Positions 27,692 through 41,710 of a stretch of 64,000 nucleotides of DNA are shown here, piece by piece. The notes beneath the pieces are model-generated. The model was not told the DNA's origin and did not search any database. It saw only the letters and a program-made list of their open reading frames with translations. The stretch covers positions 85,250,001-85,314,000 of the forward strand of contig NC_043002.1 of assembly GCF_006345805.1 (NCBI RefSeq), in the 5' to 3' direction. Position 1 is the stretch's first letter; every line of letters begins with the position of its first letter. This DNA comes from Octopus sinensis (taxonomy: Eukaryota). The position numbers and the translations under genes were made by a program.

Positions 27692-28775
27692 ACATAATCT
27701 GTCCTAGTTCAACTCTATTACATATCTCTTGTTTTCTTTTATGGAATTCATTTGAGACAAACAAGCATGCCTGCCACCAAGTTTCTGATTAAAAGATAAC
27801 TGCCCTCTTCCTCCCACCAACCAGGTTAGAGATTCTTTCTTCTAGCTTAACCATAAAAATATTTTGAGTTCAAACCTTGAAGCGATCCGTTTTTACTTTT
27901 CCTCTTTCGGGATTGAATAAAATGTTACCAAATTTGTCCTGCAGATAATATATACGACTAAAGCTCTCCCTTTCTAATAAATCTACAACTGTAGACAATT
28001 TATGTTTTTTTTTATTGTTAGTGTATTTCACTACTTGGAATCGTAAAAGAATTTCGTTTTGATCTTTTCTTTTCTGGTTGCTAGCTCAATAAATTTTGTA
28101 AACGTTTTTGGAACCAACTATGATGTATTGTTATAGTCTTCAAGCTCTGAGAAGGAAATTCAATTAATCCGCCTTCTGTATTCCCGGATCATAAAGCAAC
28201 TCTTAAATTGTGGTGATATACAGTTATATAGTACTTAATATACCAAATGTGAAACTCGGAAACTACCGGTCTACAACATTATCATATCAACTGTTAGTAG
28301 CCATGAAGGTTGCCGCAAAAGAAGTATGGTAATCGATTATTCTCATACTATCAATCGATTTACTCTTCTTGGTTCCATTCTATTGGTTCTGGTCGACGAT
28401 AAAGTGGACAAAATACCAAAGTATTCGTTCTTTTGTTATTCTGGATGTTTAATCTGTAAAGTATTAAATATTATTGTGTGAAGAAGCCAGTGCGAACAAT
28501 ACGTTTGCATCAGATAAGCGACAGTGTTGTTTTGTGAGCGTCCCGTGTGATATTGCTAATGCTTATTCGAAGAGTGAAAGGAGAGAAAATGAAAGAGGTT
28601 TTCGAACATGGGAACTACGTCACCATTGAATATGGTTAACGTACAAGAAAGCATGCAAACCAACAGCTTTTATTTAGATTTGTCACCACCTGTATGTTTA
28701 CATTTAACATGGACTGATCAATATTTTACAATACAGAACTATTCCTACTAGAATAATATCATGCCAAATAAAAAA

Positions 28776-29180
28776 GGCGGCGAGCTGGCAGACACGTTAG
28801 CGCGCCGGGCGAAATGCTTACCGGTATTTCGTCTGCCGTTACGTTGTGAGTTCAAATTCCGCCGAGGTCGACTTTGCCTTTCATCCTTTCGGGGTCGATA
28901 AATTAAGTACCAGTTATGCACTGGGGTCGATGTAATCGACTAAATACCTATGTCTGTCCTTGTTTGTCCTCTCTGTGTTTAGCCCCTTGTGGGTAATAAA
29001 GAAATAGGTATTTCGTCTGCCGTTACGCTCTGAGTTCAAATTCCACCGAGTTCGACTTTGCCTTTCATCCTTTCGGGGTCGATAAATAAAGTACCTGTTT
29101 CGCACTGGGGTCAATGTAATCGACTTAATCCCTTTGTCTGTCCCTCCATGTTTACCCCCTTGTGGGCAATAAAGAAATAT
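28776..29180 (+). mobile_element. SINE family A, internal dimer
   Basis: Two B-box/central-box units; ATATCATGCC on both flanks. Confidence 0.9.
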
Positions 29181-29591
29181 ATATCATGCCTGATAAATTC
29201 TATCAGACTTGATTCAGAAAAAATTCCATCCGCGTAAAATTACAGAGCAATGTAATTTAACGTTGCAAGAAAATTCTTGACTTGTGTTCATATTTAAAAA
29301 TGAGAAATATTAAAAATCTTGAGGTAAAACATAGACTATTACATAACTGTTTCGGTTCTAATTCCTGTCAAATGTTCCAAGATGGTTTTTAAAACATTAG
29401 AATTTAATTTCAAAATCCATTGCACAAGCCTTCGTCATAAAAATTCTTTTACAATTCTGATATTAATTGATATTATCGTTAGCACTTTACCAAATTAAAA
29501 TGTTAACTTAATTACATCTTGCTCTCAACGGCTATTAATAACTGAAGAGTATTGTACATGGCCCTTCAAACACGTGATACTCACAGATATG

Positions 29592-29712
29592 CATCCATCC
29601 ATCCATCCATCCATCCATTCATCCATCCATCCATTCATTCATCCATCCATTCATCAATCCATCCATCCATCCATCCATCCATCCATACATGCATACAAAC
29701 ATACATACATAC

Positions 29713-29743
<31 letters not shown>

Positions 29744-29835
29744 CTTACATACATACATACATACTTACATACATACATATATACATACAAACATACATAC
29801 AAACATACATACATACATACTTACATACATATATA
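29592..29835. repeat. Compound (TCCA)n then (TACA)n microsatellite
   Basis: Directly visible. Confidence 0.95.
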
Positions 29836-30377
29836 ATTACAAACATGTTGACACACGCGCAGACATACATACACGTCTATGCGCATATACGTATGTGTGT
29901 ATACATATATATACAAGCATATATGTATATACGTGTGTGTGTGTGTATGTGTGTGTGTAATGAAATGAATACTATATCAATGCAAATATTAAATGAATTG
30001 TGCCGGTTTGTCTAATAAAGTGTAGATAATAGTGAATAATTAGTAGTTTTTAACTAATACAATTAATTATTCATCATTGCGTCATTAAAGTTCAACTAAA
30101 GTCATCTACCATTAATAGTTCATTTTATCTTTTAGTTAAATTGATGCTACGTTACAGAAGTAAGTGTTCAGTATCTTTGATAAGAAGCAAAGCTAGGTTC
30201 TCCAATCAGTCCTTACACATCTCACTTTAGGAGAATGAAACCGGATTTTACTGGTTACATTAAAAAGGAGGAACTATGTCCACGATCTTTAATTGGACAT
30301 CTGACAGTAGTGAGATATACTTGTTTAATATTCCTCCTGAAGAGTTACAAATTAATAGCTGCACGTAAATGAGTAAT

Positions 30378-30655
30378 TTAGGAAGGGAAGGAATTCCAGA
30401 TGATTGACGTTCTGGGAAGAATGTGACTGTGCGAAGTACTTAAAGTTGACATTGCGGTGGTAGAGATGGACGCAATATGGATGACGATAGATGAGACGCG
30501 TGAGTTAGCTGTGCTTGGGTGGAAGTGGTACAACATAAGCCGAGTGCGAGAAGCAGTGGTTCTCTGTAGTAGCAGTAGAGAAATCAGAGTGAAAAGAGAA
30601 GCCATGTATGAGTCTAAGGTTGAAGCTCGTAAGCGAGTTACTGGCAATCGATTGG
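30378..30655 (-). pseudogene. CR1/L2/Jockey-group LINE ORF2 C-terminal remnant
   Basis: Ends ...SHILPRTSIIWNSFPS, matching the F.PRT..LWNSLP terminal motif. Confidence 0.6.
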
Positions 30656-31611
30656 GTGGTCATTTTCAATGGGGTCTAGGTTGTCTGCACAGATACCAGC
30701 ACTGCATCGTTTCGAATGTTTATTTTTCATATTTGACATACAAGTGTGTGAAAATAAATAAATAAATAGACAAAATAATTAAACAAATAACTATAAGTCT
30801 TTGTACTTTACAAAAAGGGTAGATATCAATACTTATTTGGAAATCTTACGCCGTATATACTTAGAACAGCCTTAAATAATTAAACTAAACTTGGTCTTCA
30901 CAACCTACTGTACGTATACTGTCGAGGACACCAGAAGAATCGATAGCTCACGTCCTTTCTTGATGATAAATTCATTTTAATCAAGATTTTAAAAAATGTT
31001 TGAATGGATTAATATACCAAAATCAAAGAGAATTTAATCAACATATTGAGTTTTCTTGCAACAACTTCGATTGTACTAAAACATTGAATTCTAGTAATAC
31101 TAATTAACAAAGTCGGTTTCTCTTTCAGTTTCCCACCTTGTTCTGATAACAGAAATGTTTCTGCTTTTTAATCTACATTCACTTGGTAGTCACAGATATA
31201 GCTGTGTGGTTAAAGCGTTCGCTTCGCGCCCATTTGGTTTCTGGTTCGATTCTATTGAATGACGCGTTGGGAAAATGTCTTCAACAAAAGTCGCGGATAG
31301 ATGAGTAACTTGTGAGTGAAATTTGATAAATGGAAATTGTGTGGAAGCCTCACGCAAACATCAATTCTGTTATCAGGGAATAGTCTTAATCCATCACTCA
31401 GTTTAATACTACCACCGGACTCTTGGGTGACTTCAGAAGAATCCACTCTGACTGCAAGTATTCAGGCCAAGTCTCCCTATCAAAGGATAAGCTTCTCCCT
31501 TTCAGCTACCAGCCTTGGAGGAGTTGAAAGGAGTTACCGTTGTTGCACTTTTGTTCTGAACAAACCATTGAAATAACCAGAGGGTTTTACGGGACCCCCA
31601 CCACTACATTC

Positions 31612-32310
31612 ACGAGGAGGGGGGCCCAAAAGAAACTGGAATTTTGCAATATTATTTTATTCACTTAGTTTTACACGTTTTCCCTTTTGTCGCCTTCAAG
31701 GTGTTCTCCATTTGAAACAATGCATCGATCCAGGCGCATTTTCCACTATTTGAAGCAGTGCTGAAACTGTTGCGGTGTGATGCCTTTTAACGCCTCTGTT
31801 GTTTTTTTTCCTTCTACACCTCTTCCACATCTGCAAATTCCAGAACACCGGCTTTCGTCACCAGTGATGACCTTCGATAACGGTCCAGATCAACATCCAA
31901 CTGTTCTTTCAGTTTACGATACGCATTCAATCGTGACTGCTTTTGATCTCTCTTGAGCAGGCGAGGCACAAATTTTGTTGTAAGTCTTTTTATTCGCAAT
32001 TCCTCACTCGAAATTCGTTGGAAGGAGCTCCAGGACACACCAATCACATCAACAAGTTCGTCAATTGTACGGCGAGGGTCCTCCAAGATCAGTTCCTGAA
32101 TTTTCATGTTTTCATTCGTTCGGAAGGTCGATGGCCGTCCTGAACGAGGTTGGTCTTCAGGCGAGAAGTGACAATTCCTAAAGCGTAGAAATAACTCATA
32201 TACTTGTGTTTCGCTCATGACAGCGTCGTTGTAAGTTGTTTGAAGCATGACAACTGTTTCGGCCGCCGTTTACTCCAACGGAAAACAGAATTTCACGAAA
32301 GTACGCTGTT
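31612..32310 (-). mobile_element. Internally deleted mariner element
   Basis: ORF 31814-32248: YNDAVMSETQVYE.F.RF...EDQPRSGRPST...KFVPRLL, mariner HTH region; TIR-like CGAGGAGGGGGGCCCAAAAGAAAC at the left end. Confidence 0.85.
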
Positions 32311-32364
32311 ACTTTGTTTCATCTATATACATATAGATGTATATAGGTACATCTATATACAATA

Positions 32365-32777
32365 GGCGCAGGAGTGGCTGTGTGGTAAGTAGCTTGTTTA
32401 CCAACCACATGGTTCCAGGTTCAGTCCCTCTGCGTGGCACCTTGGGCAAGTGTCTTCTACTATAGCCCCGGGCCAACCAAAGCCTTGTGAGTGGATTTGG
32501 TAGACGGAAACTGAAAGAAGCCCGTCGTATATATGTATTTATATATATGCGTGTGTGTGTTTGTGTGTCTGTGTTTGTCCCCCTAGCATTGCTTGACAAT
32601 CGATGCTGGTGTATTTATGTTCCCGTTACTTAGCGGTTCGGCAAAAGAGACCGATAGAATAAATACTGGGCTTACAAAAGAATAAGTCCCGGTGTCGAGT
32701 TGCTCGATTAAATGTGGTGCTCCAGCATGGCCGCAGTCAAATGACTGAAACAAGTAAAAGAAAGAAAGAAAAGAAAG
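32365..32777 (+). mobile_element. SINE family B, full length
   Basis: Match to the family. Confidence 0.92.
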
Positions 32778-32883
32778 ATATGGATTAAAACAGTTTGATT
32801 GAAATTCCTTGGTACTCCAAGTTTCAAAGCGTGATGCTTATCCTCAGTCATTGCGTGATCTTCTTTCGTTTGTCCACTGACTC

Positions 32884-32921
<38 letters not shown>

Positions 32922-33014
32922 AGAATTCACAAAAAAACAAAAGACGAAGACAGGTGGTGTAGACAACAAGCAGATGTATAGATGTATTAGTTTAACGCTC
33001 AGGAAGTGAAAAAG

Positions 33015-33051
33015 TTTTTAATGTTTCGAGCCTACGCTCTTCCACAGAAAG
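33015..33051 (-). ncRNA. Minimal hammerhead-like motif (variant core), third family copy
   Basis: Minus strand CTTT-CTGTGGA-A-GAGC(GTAG)GCTC-GAAACATT. Confidence 0.45.
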
Positions 33052-33659
33052 GAACACTGAAAGAAATAAGGAGAGAAAATAAAGAATGTGTAGTGGCTAG
33101 CAATCTATTATGGCGAATGCCGGACGGAGGGGTCACACAGAAAAGCTAGGAAGAAGGGGAGAAAATAAAGTAGTGATGATCCCAAAACGAGGGTGCGCGA
33201 GCGTGTATATAAGAGAGTATGTATGTGTGTGTGGAAGAGGGCTGGTGACCTTGACGTGTGCGCGTGTGTATGTGTAGGGGTGTGGATGTGGGGCTGGGAA
33301 GTACTCAGTGCTAGTGTACGCGTGGCGGTGTGATGTGATGTGGTGTTGTGTGGTATGGTGTTGTATGGTGTAGTGGTGTGTGGTGTGCTGTGATGGTGTT
33401 GGGAGGTGGGAGAGGCGAGAGAGGGGAAAGCAAGGGTGGGGGTGGGATGGGATGGATAGAGAAGGTGGGGTTGGGTTGTGCAGGGGTGGGGTTACGAGCG
33501 AGAGGTAACGATGAAAGGGAGGGGAAGGGAGAAGGTGGGTAGGAGTGAAGAGAAGAGAGGAGGAGAGTAGGTGTGAAGAGAAGAAGTAGGAGTCGCAGCA
33601 AGAGAGGAGAGGTGAGTGGAAGGAAGTAGGTGTGAGAGGGAGAGAGGAGAGGGGAAAAG

Positions 33660-33720
33660 GTTAGATGAATAGGGGAGGCGGTTAGATGAATAGGGGAGGC
33701 GGTTAGATGAATAGGGGAGG
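33660..33720. repeat. 21-bp tandem repeat x3 spanning the PLE stop codon
   Basis: GTTAGATGAATAGGGGAGG(CG) three times. Confidence 0.9.
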
Positions 33721-34325
33721 AGAGTTGAGCCCATGTGGCGCAAAGGAGCGAAGAGAGAAGATTAATCCCTGCTCGTGTGTGTGCGTGTAAAGGTAAGATC
33801 CAAGATCAAGGTGTATGAAGTTAGTAAGCTTCGGGCAGTCCGTAGACAGTATAAAAAAACAACTTTTCAGAACAATAATGGTTTATTGACATAGTAAGTT
33901 GTAAATTTTCACTTCTAGCTAGCAGTTTACATCTCGTTTGGTTAATTACTACTTCCGAGGTTCTACTAGCTATGAAACATATGCAGCCTGGATTTTATCT
34001 ACTCCATTCTCTAATTTTGGATATATATATACACACATACACCCAAGTAGGATTTAGACGGCTCTTTTTGTATATTTGTACCCGTTCTTTTTAGGAAAAG
34101 AGCAGAATGGAGTGAAAAGGAAAGTAGGATGAATGGTTAGCATTCATTCTGTTTGTATGTCTCTATTTCTACATGTGTCAATATTGTTATTGAGTCCACT
34201 GTATGGCGGTGTTTTAGGGGAAAGATAGATGAAAACAGGGCTGTCACTCGAAAGTCCTTTTCTTTGGCCCAAGAAATTAATAATAAACCACACTTACGAA
34301 AAGGAATAATAATCTTAAAACTTCC

Positions 34326-34356
<31 letters not shown>

Positions 34357-34717
34357 TTATTATTATTATTATTTTTCTTCTTCTTCTTCCCTCCTTCTCT
34401 TCCCCTCCACCTCTTCCTCTTCTTCTTCCTCCTCTCCCCACTCCATCCTCTACCAAAGAAGTTCCAATGGGAATATGAAATATTAATTTGATTGAGAAAA
34501 ATTTGTATTCAGATCACTCTTCTTCACTTCATCTCTCTCCGTCAACACCTTTCTCTCCCTTTCTTTCCCCTTTCTCTCACATATATGTATGCGCACGTGT
34601 AAACGCACAGATACATTATACATATATATGTGTATATATATTATATATATATATATATACACACACACTTGCATGCAGATATATATATATATGTGTGTAT
34701 ATATATATCTGCATGTA

Positions 34718-34831
<114 letters not shown>

Positions 34832-34857
34832 AAAATAAAATAAAAGGGAAACAAAGA

Positions 34858-34903
<46 letters not shown>

Positions 34904-35832
34904 CCATGTCTTGCTGACTTTCTTTCATTTCTACCTTATCTGTATTTTTGTTATTTCTCTGTTACCCTTTTATTTTATTTTATTTTATTTTCCCACCTTT
35001 ACAGCTGAAATTGGGAAATTGTTAGAAGAAAGTACTTGGCCTGACACTATACTTCAAAGCTGTAGGTAGATGAAATAAGAATAAATATGAAAGGACATTT
35101 TTGACAAGCCAAATCTATGTTTTCCTTTTTCTTTTTAGTAATTCATTTCATTTCATTGCCGTATACAAACCAAAGTCTCTTATTGTTGCCATTGGAAACA
35201 TTTGAACGATTTTCCTATCTGTATTTGCTCTCTCGTGGGAAATTTTACAGCGAGACGTCAACTTATTGACAACCACACGACTAATTTATTTGATATCTCA
35301 TAAAACAAGAGTTAAAAAGCAGCCCGTTAAACGGAATAGAAGATGATAAAAAGAAATTGTTATCAACCATGCATATATTACCATGCCAATCACGAATAAA
35401 ATATCCACGAGTGACGACAATTTAACAGCAGTGTGCAGTCTCTTTCTCGATTTTAAACTCGTGTTTCTAGAAATCCAGTTTATATCCCCAACAAAGCTCA
35501 ATAAATCCACTGGAGTCTTTTTAGTGAACACCAATTCATTATCTAAACAAAAGCTATTAACAGCTTTTCACAGAATTCGTTTCCTATGACGCAAGTAATT
35601 ACAGCTATAGTTTAGACTTGAGTAGAGAAAGCCCATTAGATAAACTACCGACTTTGCTGGAGCTGCTTTAGTCGTCAACCAACATTGAATACGAAGTACA
35701 GCCAACAGTCACTCACGACTGAGTATGACTTATTCATGATAATTGTTGTCGGTTCTTATGTAATCAAGAGCAGACAAAGACACCTTCTCATACTTCCTCC
35801 TCTTTTGACCCAACAAGAACATCCTTGATGTG

Positions 35833-36181
35833 GAGGCACATGGCTAGTGGAGGCACATGGCCAGTGGAGGCTCATGACCTAGTGGTTAGAGCAGCGGACT
35901 CACGTTCGAGGGATCGCGGGTTCGAATCTCAGACCGGACAATGTGTGTGTTTATGAGCGAAACACCTAAGCTCCACGCAGCTCCGACGGAAGGTAATAGC
36001 GAAACTTCAGCTGATCCTTTCGCCACAACTTTCTCTCACTCTTTCCTCCTGCATCTTCCAGCTCACCTGCGACGGACTGGCGTCCCGTCCAGGTGGGGAA
36101 CCTATACGCCAAAAAACCGGGAAACCGACCCTTATGAGTCAGGCATGGCTCGAGAAGGAACAAAAAAACAAAACAAAAAAA
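35833..36181 (+). mobile_element. tRNA-derived SINE (family D) with triplicated 5' end and 15-bp TSD
   Basis: TGGAGGCACATGGC.AG x3, B-box GGTTCGAATCTC, A-rich tail; TSD AACATCCTTGATGTG at 35818-35832 and 36182-36196. Confidence 0.9.
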
Positions 36182-36703
36182 AACATCCTTGATGTGATAG
36201 CTACCCATGGATATATCCTTGATGTGACAAGCTACCCATGGATACATCGAAAACTTCGTATTCGTGTTTCATAATCCAAAAGAATTTATCATGAAATAAT
36301 TACTTCCTTGAGTTTATTATTATATTGATATCAGTGTTGATCATAGGGTTATTTATTTTACCGAATCCTATAGAAAACATCGTGAAGGGTAAGGACAGAA
36401 TTTTACTACATCGAATTGGATATATTAACAATTGTGAATGTCTTCCATGCAATTAAACCCATTAGTAGTAATGTTACTGCAATGCCATTCCAGTAACATT
36501 TCCCGTGTAATGAATCTAATAAAGCATTTGCTAACTATACCAAATTACTCCTTTATTGAAGTGATTGGCTTAATATTTAAGGTTTAATATTAAGCTATCT
36601 TACAAGGCTAACAATCTCTTCAATATTTAAATATTTATGAACTGAATCTCCAGAATCTTCGGGACAATTGTGCATATAGCACGTACACACGCACACACAC
36701 ACA

Positions 36704-36735
<32 letters not shown>

Positions 36736-37010
36736 TACACACACACACATACATACATACACACACACACGCACACACACATTTACAACTGGAGTCTATT
36801 AACCAGTTGAGTCAGTTTAAAACTGAGCGTTTCATATTTTGTAGCAACTCAGAACTTCAGTATGAAGAAGGTATGTATGGAAGCTGGAATCAGAAAACTT
36901 TTGACTATGTATATGATCATCGTCGGAGTTAAAGTGGATAAAGTGGATCCTGTTGTAAAAAATAGAACTGACGAGAGAACGAACATTTTTTTAGAATTAA
37001 TATTTATTGG

Positions 37011-37031
37011 ATACATACATACATACATACA

Positions 37032-37062
<31 letters not shown>

Positions 37063-37069
37063 GTGTATG

Positions 37070-37109
<40 letters not shown>

Positions 37110-37246
37110 CATACATACATATGTGTATGTATGTATATATATATATATATATATATAAATACATACATACATACTACATACATACATACATACGTACGTA
37201 CATACATACGTACATACATACATACATACATACATACATACATACA

Positions 37247-37294
<48 letters not shown>

Positions 37295-37297
37295 CAT

Positions 37298-37367
<70 letters not shown>

Positions 37368-37380
37368 TCTCTCTCTCTCT
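37011..37380. repeat. Compound (TACA)n/(TA)n/(CA)n/(CT)n microsatellite
   Basis: Directly visible. Confidence 0.95.
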
Positions 37381-38489
37381 TACTCCCAGCCCCTGCCCCT
37401 CTCTTAAGCTTTCTCTCCGGAAGAATTTGGCTATATTTAGACCTGGAGAGGGATGGCCTTCGTTGGGTTTAAAATGTACAAGACACGATTCACCACTAGT
37501 ATCCATTAGCAATAAGATAAATAAATAAACTTTTCTCTGTGCACGCCTGAAGTCAGTGACCAAAGATATTGCTAAGGTCAACTGTTATTCATAATATATG
37601 TATATATATATATATATAAAAAAAATCAATGAAATCGATTTCAAGGCACATTGAACTTTAGCAAATCTCTCAAAAGATTAAGAAAAGATGTTGAAACAGT
37701 CGACACAAGACTACTGATCGGCTATTTAACTAACGAAGCGAAGTGTTGGCAAATTTACTCGTGTTTAAGATCAGTGTGTTGTCTATTAAAATTAAAGAAC
37801 GTTTTACTTGTTATTCCAGTCGTGGAGAAACTTCCAAAATTGTCTGCGATGAATTAATTCTGAAAAACTAATCACCCCAGCGTAATTACATTTATCTGAA
37901 CAAATGTAATTAGCGTTTGATCCTGAGAAGCTTATACTATTATAGACTGATCGATGCACATCGCCCTTTTGACGACGACGTCTCATCGATATTTTCAAAC
38001 GTTGTTGGAAATCTAACGTTGTATTGAGTTACGTTAAATCTGAAGTGGTATTGAAAACAGAGATCGTGCCGGTTGAGAAAGAGAATAACTTATTTGTTCA
38101 TTTATTTGTAAACTGTTATTGACTTTTGTCTAATGAACTTACCAAACAATTGTTTCAGACTGCGCCAATTACGTCTATTTTTATTATCTGTTCATCATAA
38201 TTTTTATAGTTGTTCTTTTAAGTAATACTGAAACAAAGGACCAAAGAATGAGTCTCTAAGTGGTCGGTCGATGAGCAAGAAATAGCAGCTGAATCTTCCC
38301 CCAAATTGTACTCTACTGCCTTAAAAAACGAAAAAAAAATAATAATAACACATTGGATAATGAAGAACTTTCCAATATTTCTGAAGAAAATAAAGTGGGG
38401 ATGGTTGCAACTGGACTGCCGCAACCATATAACAATCAAAGCAGATAATAACAGTGCATTTTTCTATTACAAATCGTATCATTGACTAA

Positions 38490-39097
38490 TCACCACGAAT
38501 CTGTGTTACGAGTGGTTCAGATGTTTCCAAGATGGCCGAAAAAATGTCGAAGTTGACAAACGTTCTGGGAGACCTGGAACCATTAAAATTGAGAAAAACA
38601 TCACAAATGTGCGTGCAGCTGTGAGGGGAAAATCGTCGAATCACCATCCGTGAGTTATCAGAGAATGTGCAGATTAGTTACGGTTCAGTTCAGTCTATCA
38701 TCACTGAATATTTTGGTGTGAGACGCGTGCCTGCCAAGTTTGTGTCCAAACTGCTTTTAGCTGACCAAAAAGACACTCGGGTTTCAGTTGCACAAGATCT
38801 CCTTGATTGTGTCGAGAACGATGAAAACTTTTTAAAACTTTGCGTAGGCCTCTGAGCAGGTATCGCCAAGCTTTTGGCAAAACTTGATGCAAATTCTCTG
38901 CTCGACTTTCTCTATCATGATCAACGCTACAAACGTTCCTTCCAAGCACTGCTGTAAACAGCGGAAGAGAGCTAGAACGTTAAGACTTAGTGCACATGCT
39001 CAGAAAAGCTCAAGGTTATTCTGTGCCAAGCAGCTTTAATTTGCATACTTTAGTTTCATTACTATGCAAACAGTCCGGATACTTATTGAACAGACTA
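38490..39097. mobile_element. Rearranged mariner remnant, two halves on opposite strands
   Basis: Plus 38500-38830: CYEWFRCFQDGRKNVEVDKRSGRPGT...RRVPAKFVSKLL; minus 39097-38830: TIR-like end, UTR and MIEKVEQRICIKFCQKLGDTCSEAYAK. Confidence 0.8.
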
Positions 39098-39114
39098 CGT
39101 ACATATGTGTGTAT

Positions 39115-39446
39115 AAAGACCCCCTTCGGTCATGAGTGACCATGGGTTTGCACCTAGAGAGTTACCCTCTGAGGCACAAGTCTGGGCAAGGTTGTTTTAT
39201 GGAAGACCAGTAGTCGCCCATGCATACCGGCCTCCCCTCTCCACGCCACCAGTGTTATCCAAGGAAAGACAAAGGTCGATACAGCTTGGCACCTGTGACG
39301 TCGCAACTCATTTCTACAGCTGAGTGAACTGGAGCAACGTGAAATAAAGTGTCTTGCTCGAGAACACAACACGCAGCCCGGTCCGGATTCGAGCTCACAA
39401 CCTCACGATCGTAAGCTCGACGCTCTAACCACTGAGCCATGCGCCA
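39115..39446 (-). mobile_element. CORE-like SINE (family C, tail 2)
   Basis: Same head and central box as 27367-27691, unrelated 3' tail. Confidence 0.88.
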
Positions 39447-39449
39447 TGT

Positions 39450-39491
<42 letters not shown>

Positions 39492-39533
39492 ATATATTAT
39501 ATATATATATATATATATTTATATTATATAATC

Positions 39534-39586
<53 letters not shown>

Positions 39587-39637
39587 ATAATATATATATA
39601 TATATATATTATATATATAATATATATAATATATATA

Positions 39638-39676
<39 letters not shown>

Positions 39677-39695
39677 ATATTATATATATAATATA
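39447..39695. repeat. Long imperfect (TA)n
   Basis: Directly visible. Confidence 0.95.
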
Positions 39696-40124
39696 TTTCT
39701 TTCAGTTTCCGTCTACCAAATCCACTCACATTTGTTGAGAAGTTCCGTAGGATAAGAGCTTATCATTTTTTCTTTTACATTATTTGAAAATTTATATTGA
39801 TGATATTTTTGGTCAGTCAATAAAATTTGTAGATAGATTAAATTAAATCAGTTTTGATATTCTTAAATACTTTCGTTCATACCGTATTATGAATATACAA
39901 TTTTGAAAAACAAAATCACCGAAACATTATAATTATAATAGAATTAAATATTAAATGACTTGGCACAATAGTTTTTCAAAACGTTGTGTTCCAGCATAAC
40001 TGCACCCGCATGGTTGAAACAAACAAAAGATTAAATGAGTAATATATAAACTGAGGAGACATTTCCTACGTTTGGAATTTTACTCGGGTGTTGGTCATTT
40101 ATGTCTGATTACATCATGCAATAG

Positions 40125-40384
40125 TGGAGGCGCGTGGCTTTGTGGTTAGGGTGTCAGCACCATGATCGTAAGATTATGGTTTCGATTCCTTGACCGGGCG
40201 ACGAATTTTGTTCTTGAGCAAAACACTTCATTTCACGTTGCTCCAGTCCACTCAGTTGGCAAAAATGAGTAATGCTGCGTTGGACTGGCGTCCCGTCCAG
40301 CTGGGGAACATATACGCCATAGAAATCGGGAAACCGGGCCCATGAGCCTGGCTAGAATTTAAAAGGGCGCATTTATTTGTTTTA
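40125..40384 (+). mobile_element. CORE-like SINE (family C, tail 3) with 15-bp TSD
   Basis: TSD TACATCATGCAATAG at 40110-40124 and 40385-40399; tail shared with the family D element at 35833. Confidence 0.9.
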
Positions 40385-40548
40385 TACATCATGCAATAGC
40401 TGCTCCAGCGCTTCTAATTACACTTTGGAACATATTGTTTAAGCAATCATCATATGAAAACGTTAAAAATTTTAAAACATTTTCTTCATAAATTCAATGT
40501 AAAATCTTGATATTGTTTAAAATTAATTTTTAATCCAAAATATCTGGT

Positions 40549-40978
40549 GGATCTTTTCGGTTTGAACGGCAGTTTTTTCTAGCGGTGTCATATGAAATTG
40601 TCAACAATAATTATGACCCTAGTATCGATCTATTGCATTTCAATCTGTTTTAGGGTTAGGGTTACGGTTACGGTTAGGGGTGGGGGGAAGGGTATCTTTT
40701 TTTCTTCACAAATGTAAATAAACCCAATCTGTTTCTTAAACGAGGGACATATTCATACGGCACAGAATGTTTTTTTACCTCAATAGACGTCAGTGATTGG
40801 TTGAAAATCCAGAAATTGAAGAAAAATAACAACAAATATCTTACAAACTGTAGAATTTTCTCAATAAAGCCAAGAGAAAAAGATGTTTCATAAACACATT
40901 CTACCAGTATACGAAGTTTTAAATTTTTTAGTTACCTAGAAATTATGTTAAAAACTGCCGTTCAAACCGAAAAGATCT
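40549..40978 (+). mobile_element. TTAGGG-containing MITE, copy 1, 8-bp TSD
   Basis: 28-bp TIR GGATCTTTTCGGTTTGAACGGCAGTTTT; TSD TATCTGGT at 40541-40548 and 40979-40986. Confidence 0.93.
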
Positions 40979-41499
40979 TATCTGGTTACTTATGAATAAT
41001 TTATATATTGTACATGCATTCGCATATGATGCAAAATTATTGAGTGCAAGGTTGAAAAACTAGTTGGCAAGCACTGTGTAATAGCAGTGGTAAGTTTCAC
41101 CTGTAGTAGTGTAACGAATATGTATTAATAGATTTATACTAGGGTCCATACTCTACCTTTAACATAAAACACACTTTTAATTTTTTCCAATGCATCCTTA
41201 TTAATTTAAGTCGTGAGTATGTGTGCATTGAGGAATATTTGACCGCTATTTCAAGAATGTAAGGCGACTACGTAGATGCTTTCTGGTACAACAAAATAAA
41301 CTAGTAGTAAGTTATCAACGTTTAATTAGTTACTCGTTAAAGTCTGAACAAACTGTTTCTTTTAATAAATCTCAACTGCCTCAATACTATTCCTGTTCAT
41401 ACAATGAGCAAGTGGTCAAAGTACGCTGACAGAATTAATAGCTGGAATGGAGAAAGGTAATACAGAAAAAGAAAAGGGAGAAGGGGAGATAAAGAGTTA

Positions 41500-41710
41500 A
41501 GCGAATTGACCGCGTGTGTACCGTTGGCGATTTTTTCCCCAGTCTTCCCTTCTCTGAATCTTTCCTTTTCCTATGTTTTTGACGAAGAGCTCCGCTCGAA
41601 ACGTTAAACCCTCCTTCTTTCTTTCCTTCTTGAGCGTCCAATAATACTATATTTGTTTCACGTCCTCGCGTTGCTGTATTTTCTCTCTTTGTGTTTTCAA
41701 GTTTGGATTA

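Larger units (their letters stand above)
32919..33785 (-). mobile_element. Penelope-like element 3' end: GIY-YIG C-terminus, long pyrimidine-rich UTR, hammerhead-like motif, (TA)n
   Basis: Minus strand ~33703-33777 reads HEQGLIFSLRSFAPHGLNSPPLFI* (E..LIF.L....P.GLN motif); terminal ~190 bp homologous to 4561-4750; abuts (TA)n 32885-32918. Confidence 0.85.

Noticed and set aside
35865-35935. tRNA genes at SINE heads (also ~27620-27690, 39375-39446, 40125-40195)
   Set aside because: A/B boxes are present but each continues into a SINE body and tail, several with TSDs; no complete cloverleaf could be supported
39447-39695. Irregular phase shifts in long (TA)n, (CA)n and (TATG)n tracts as encoded structure
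   Set aside because: The single-base indel pattern is what slippage or long-read consensus error produces
40649-40692. TTAGGG repeats as a telomere or chromosome fusion site
   Set aside because: Only about three units, and they are an internal part of a five-copy MITE
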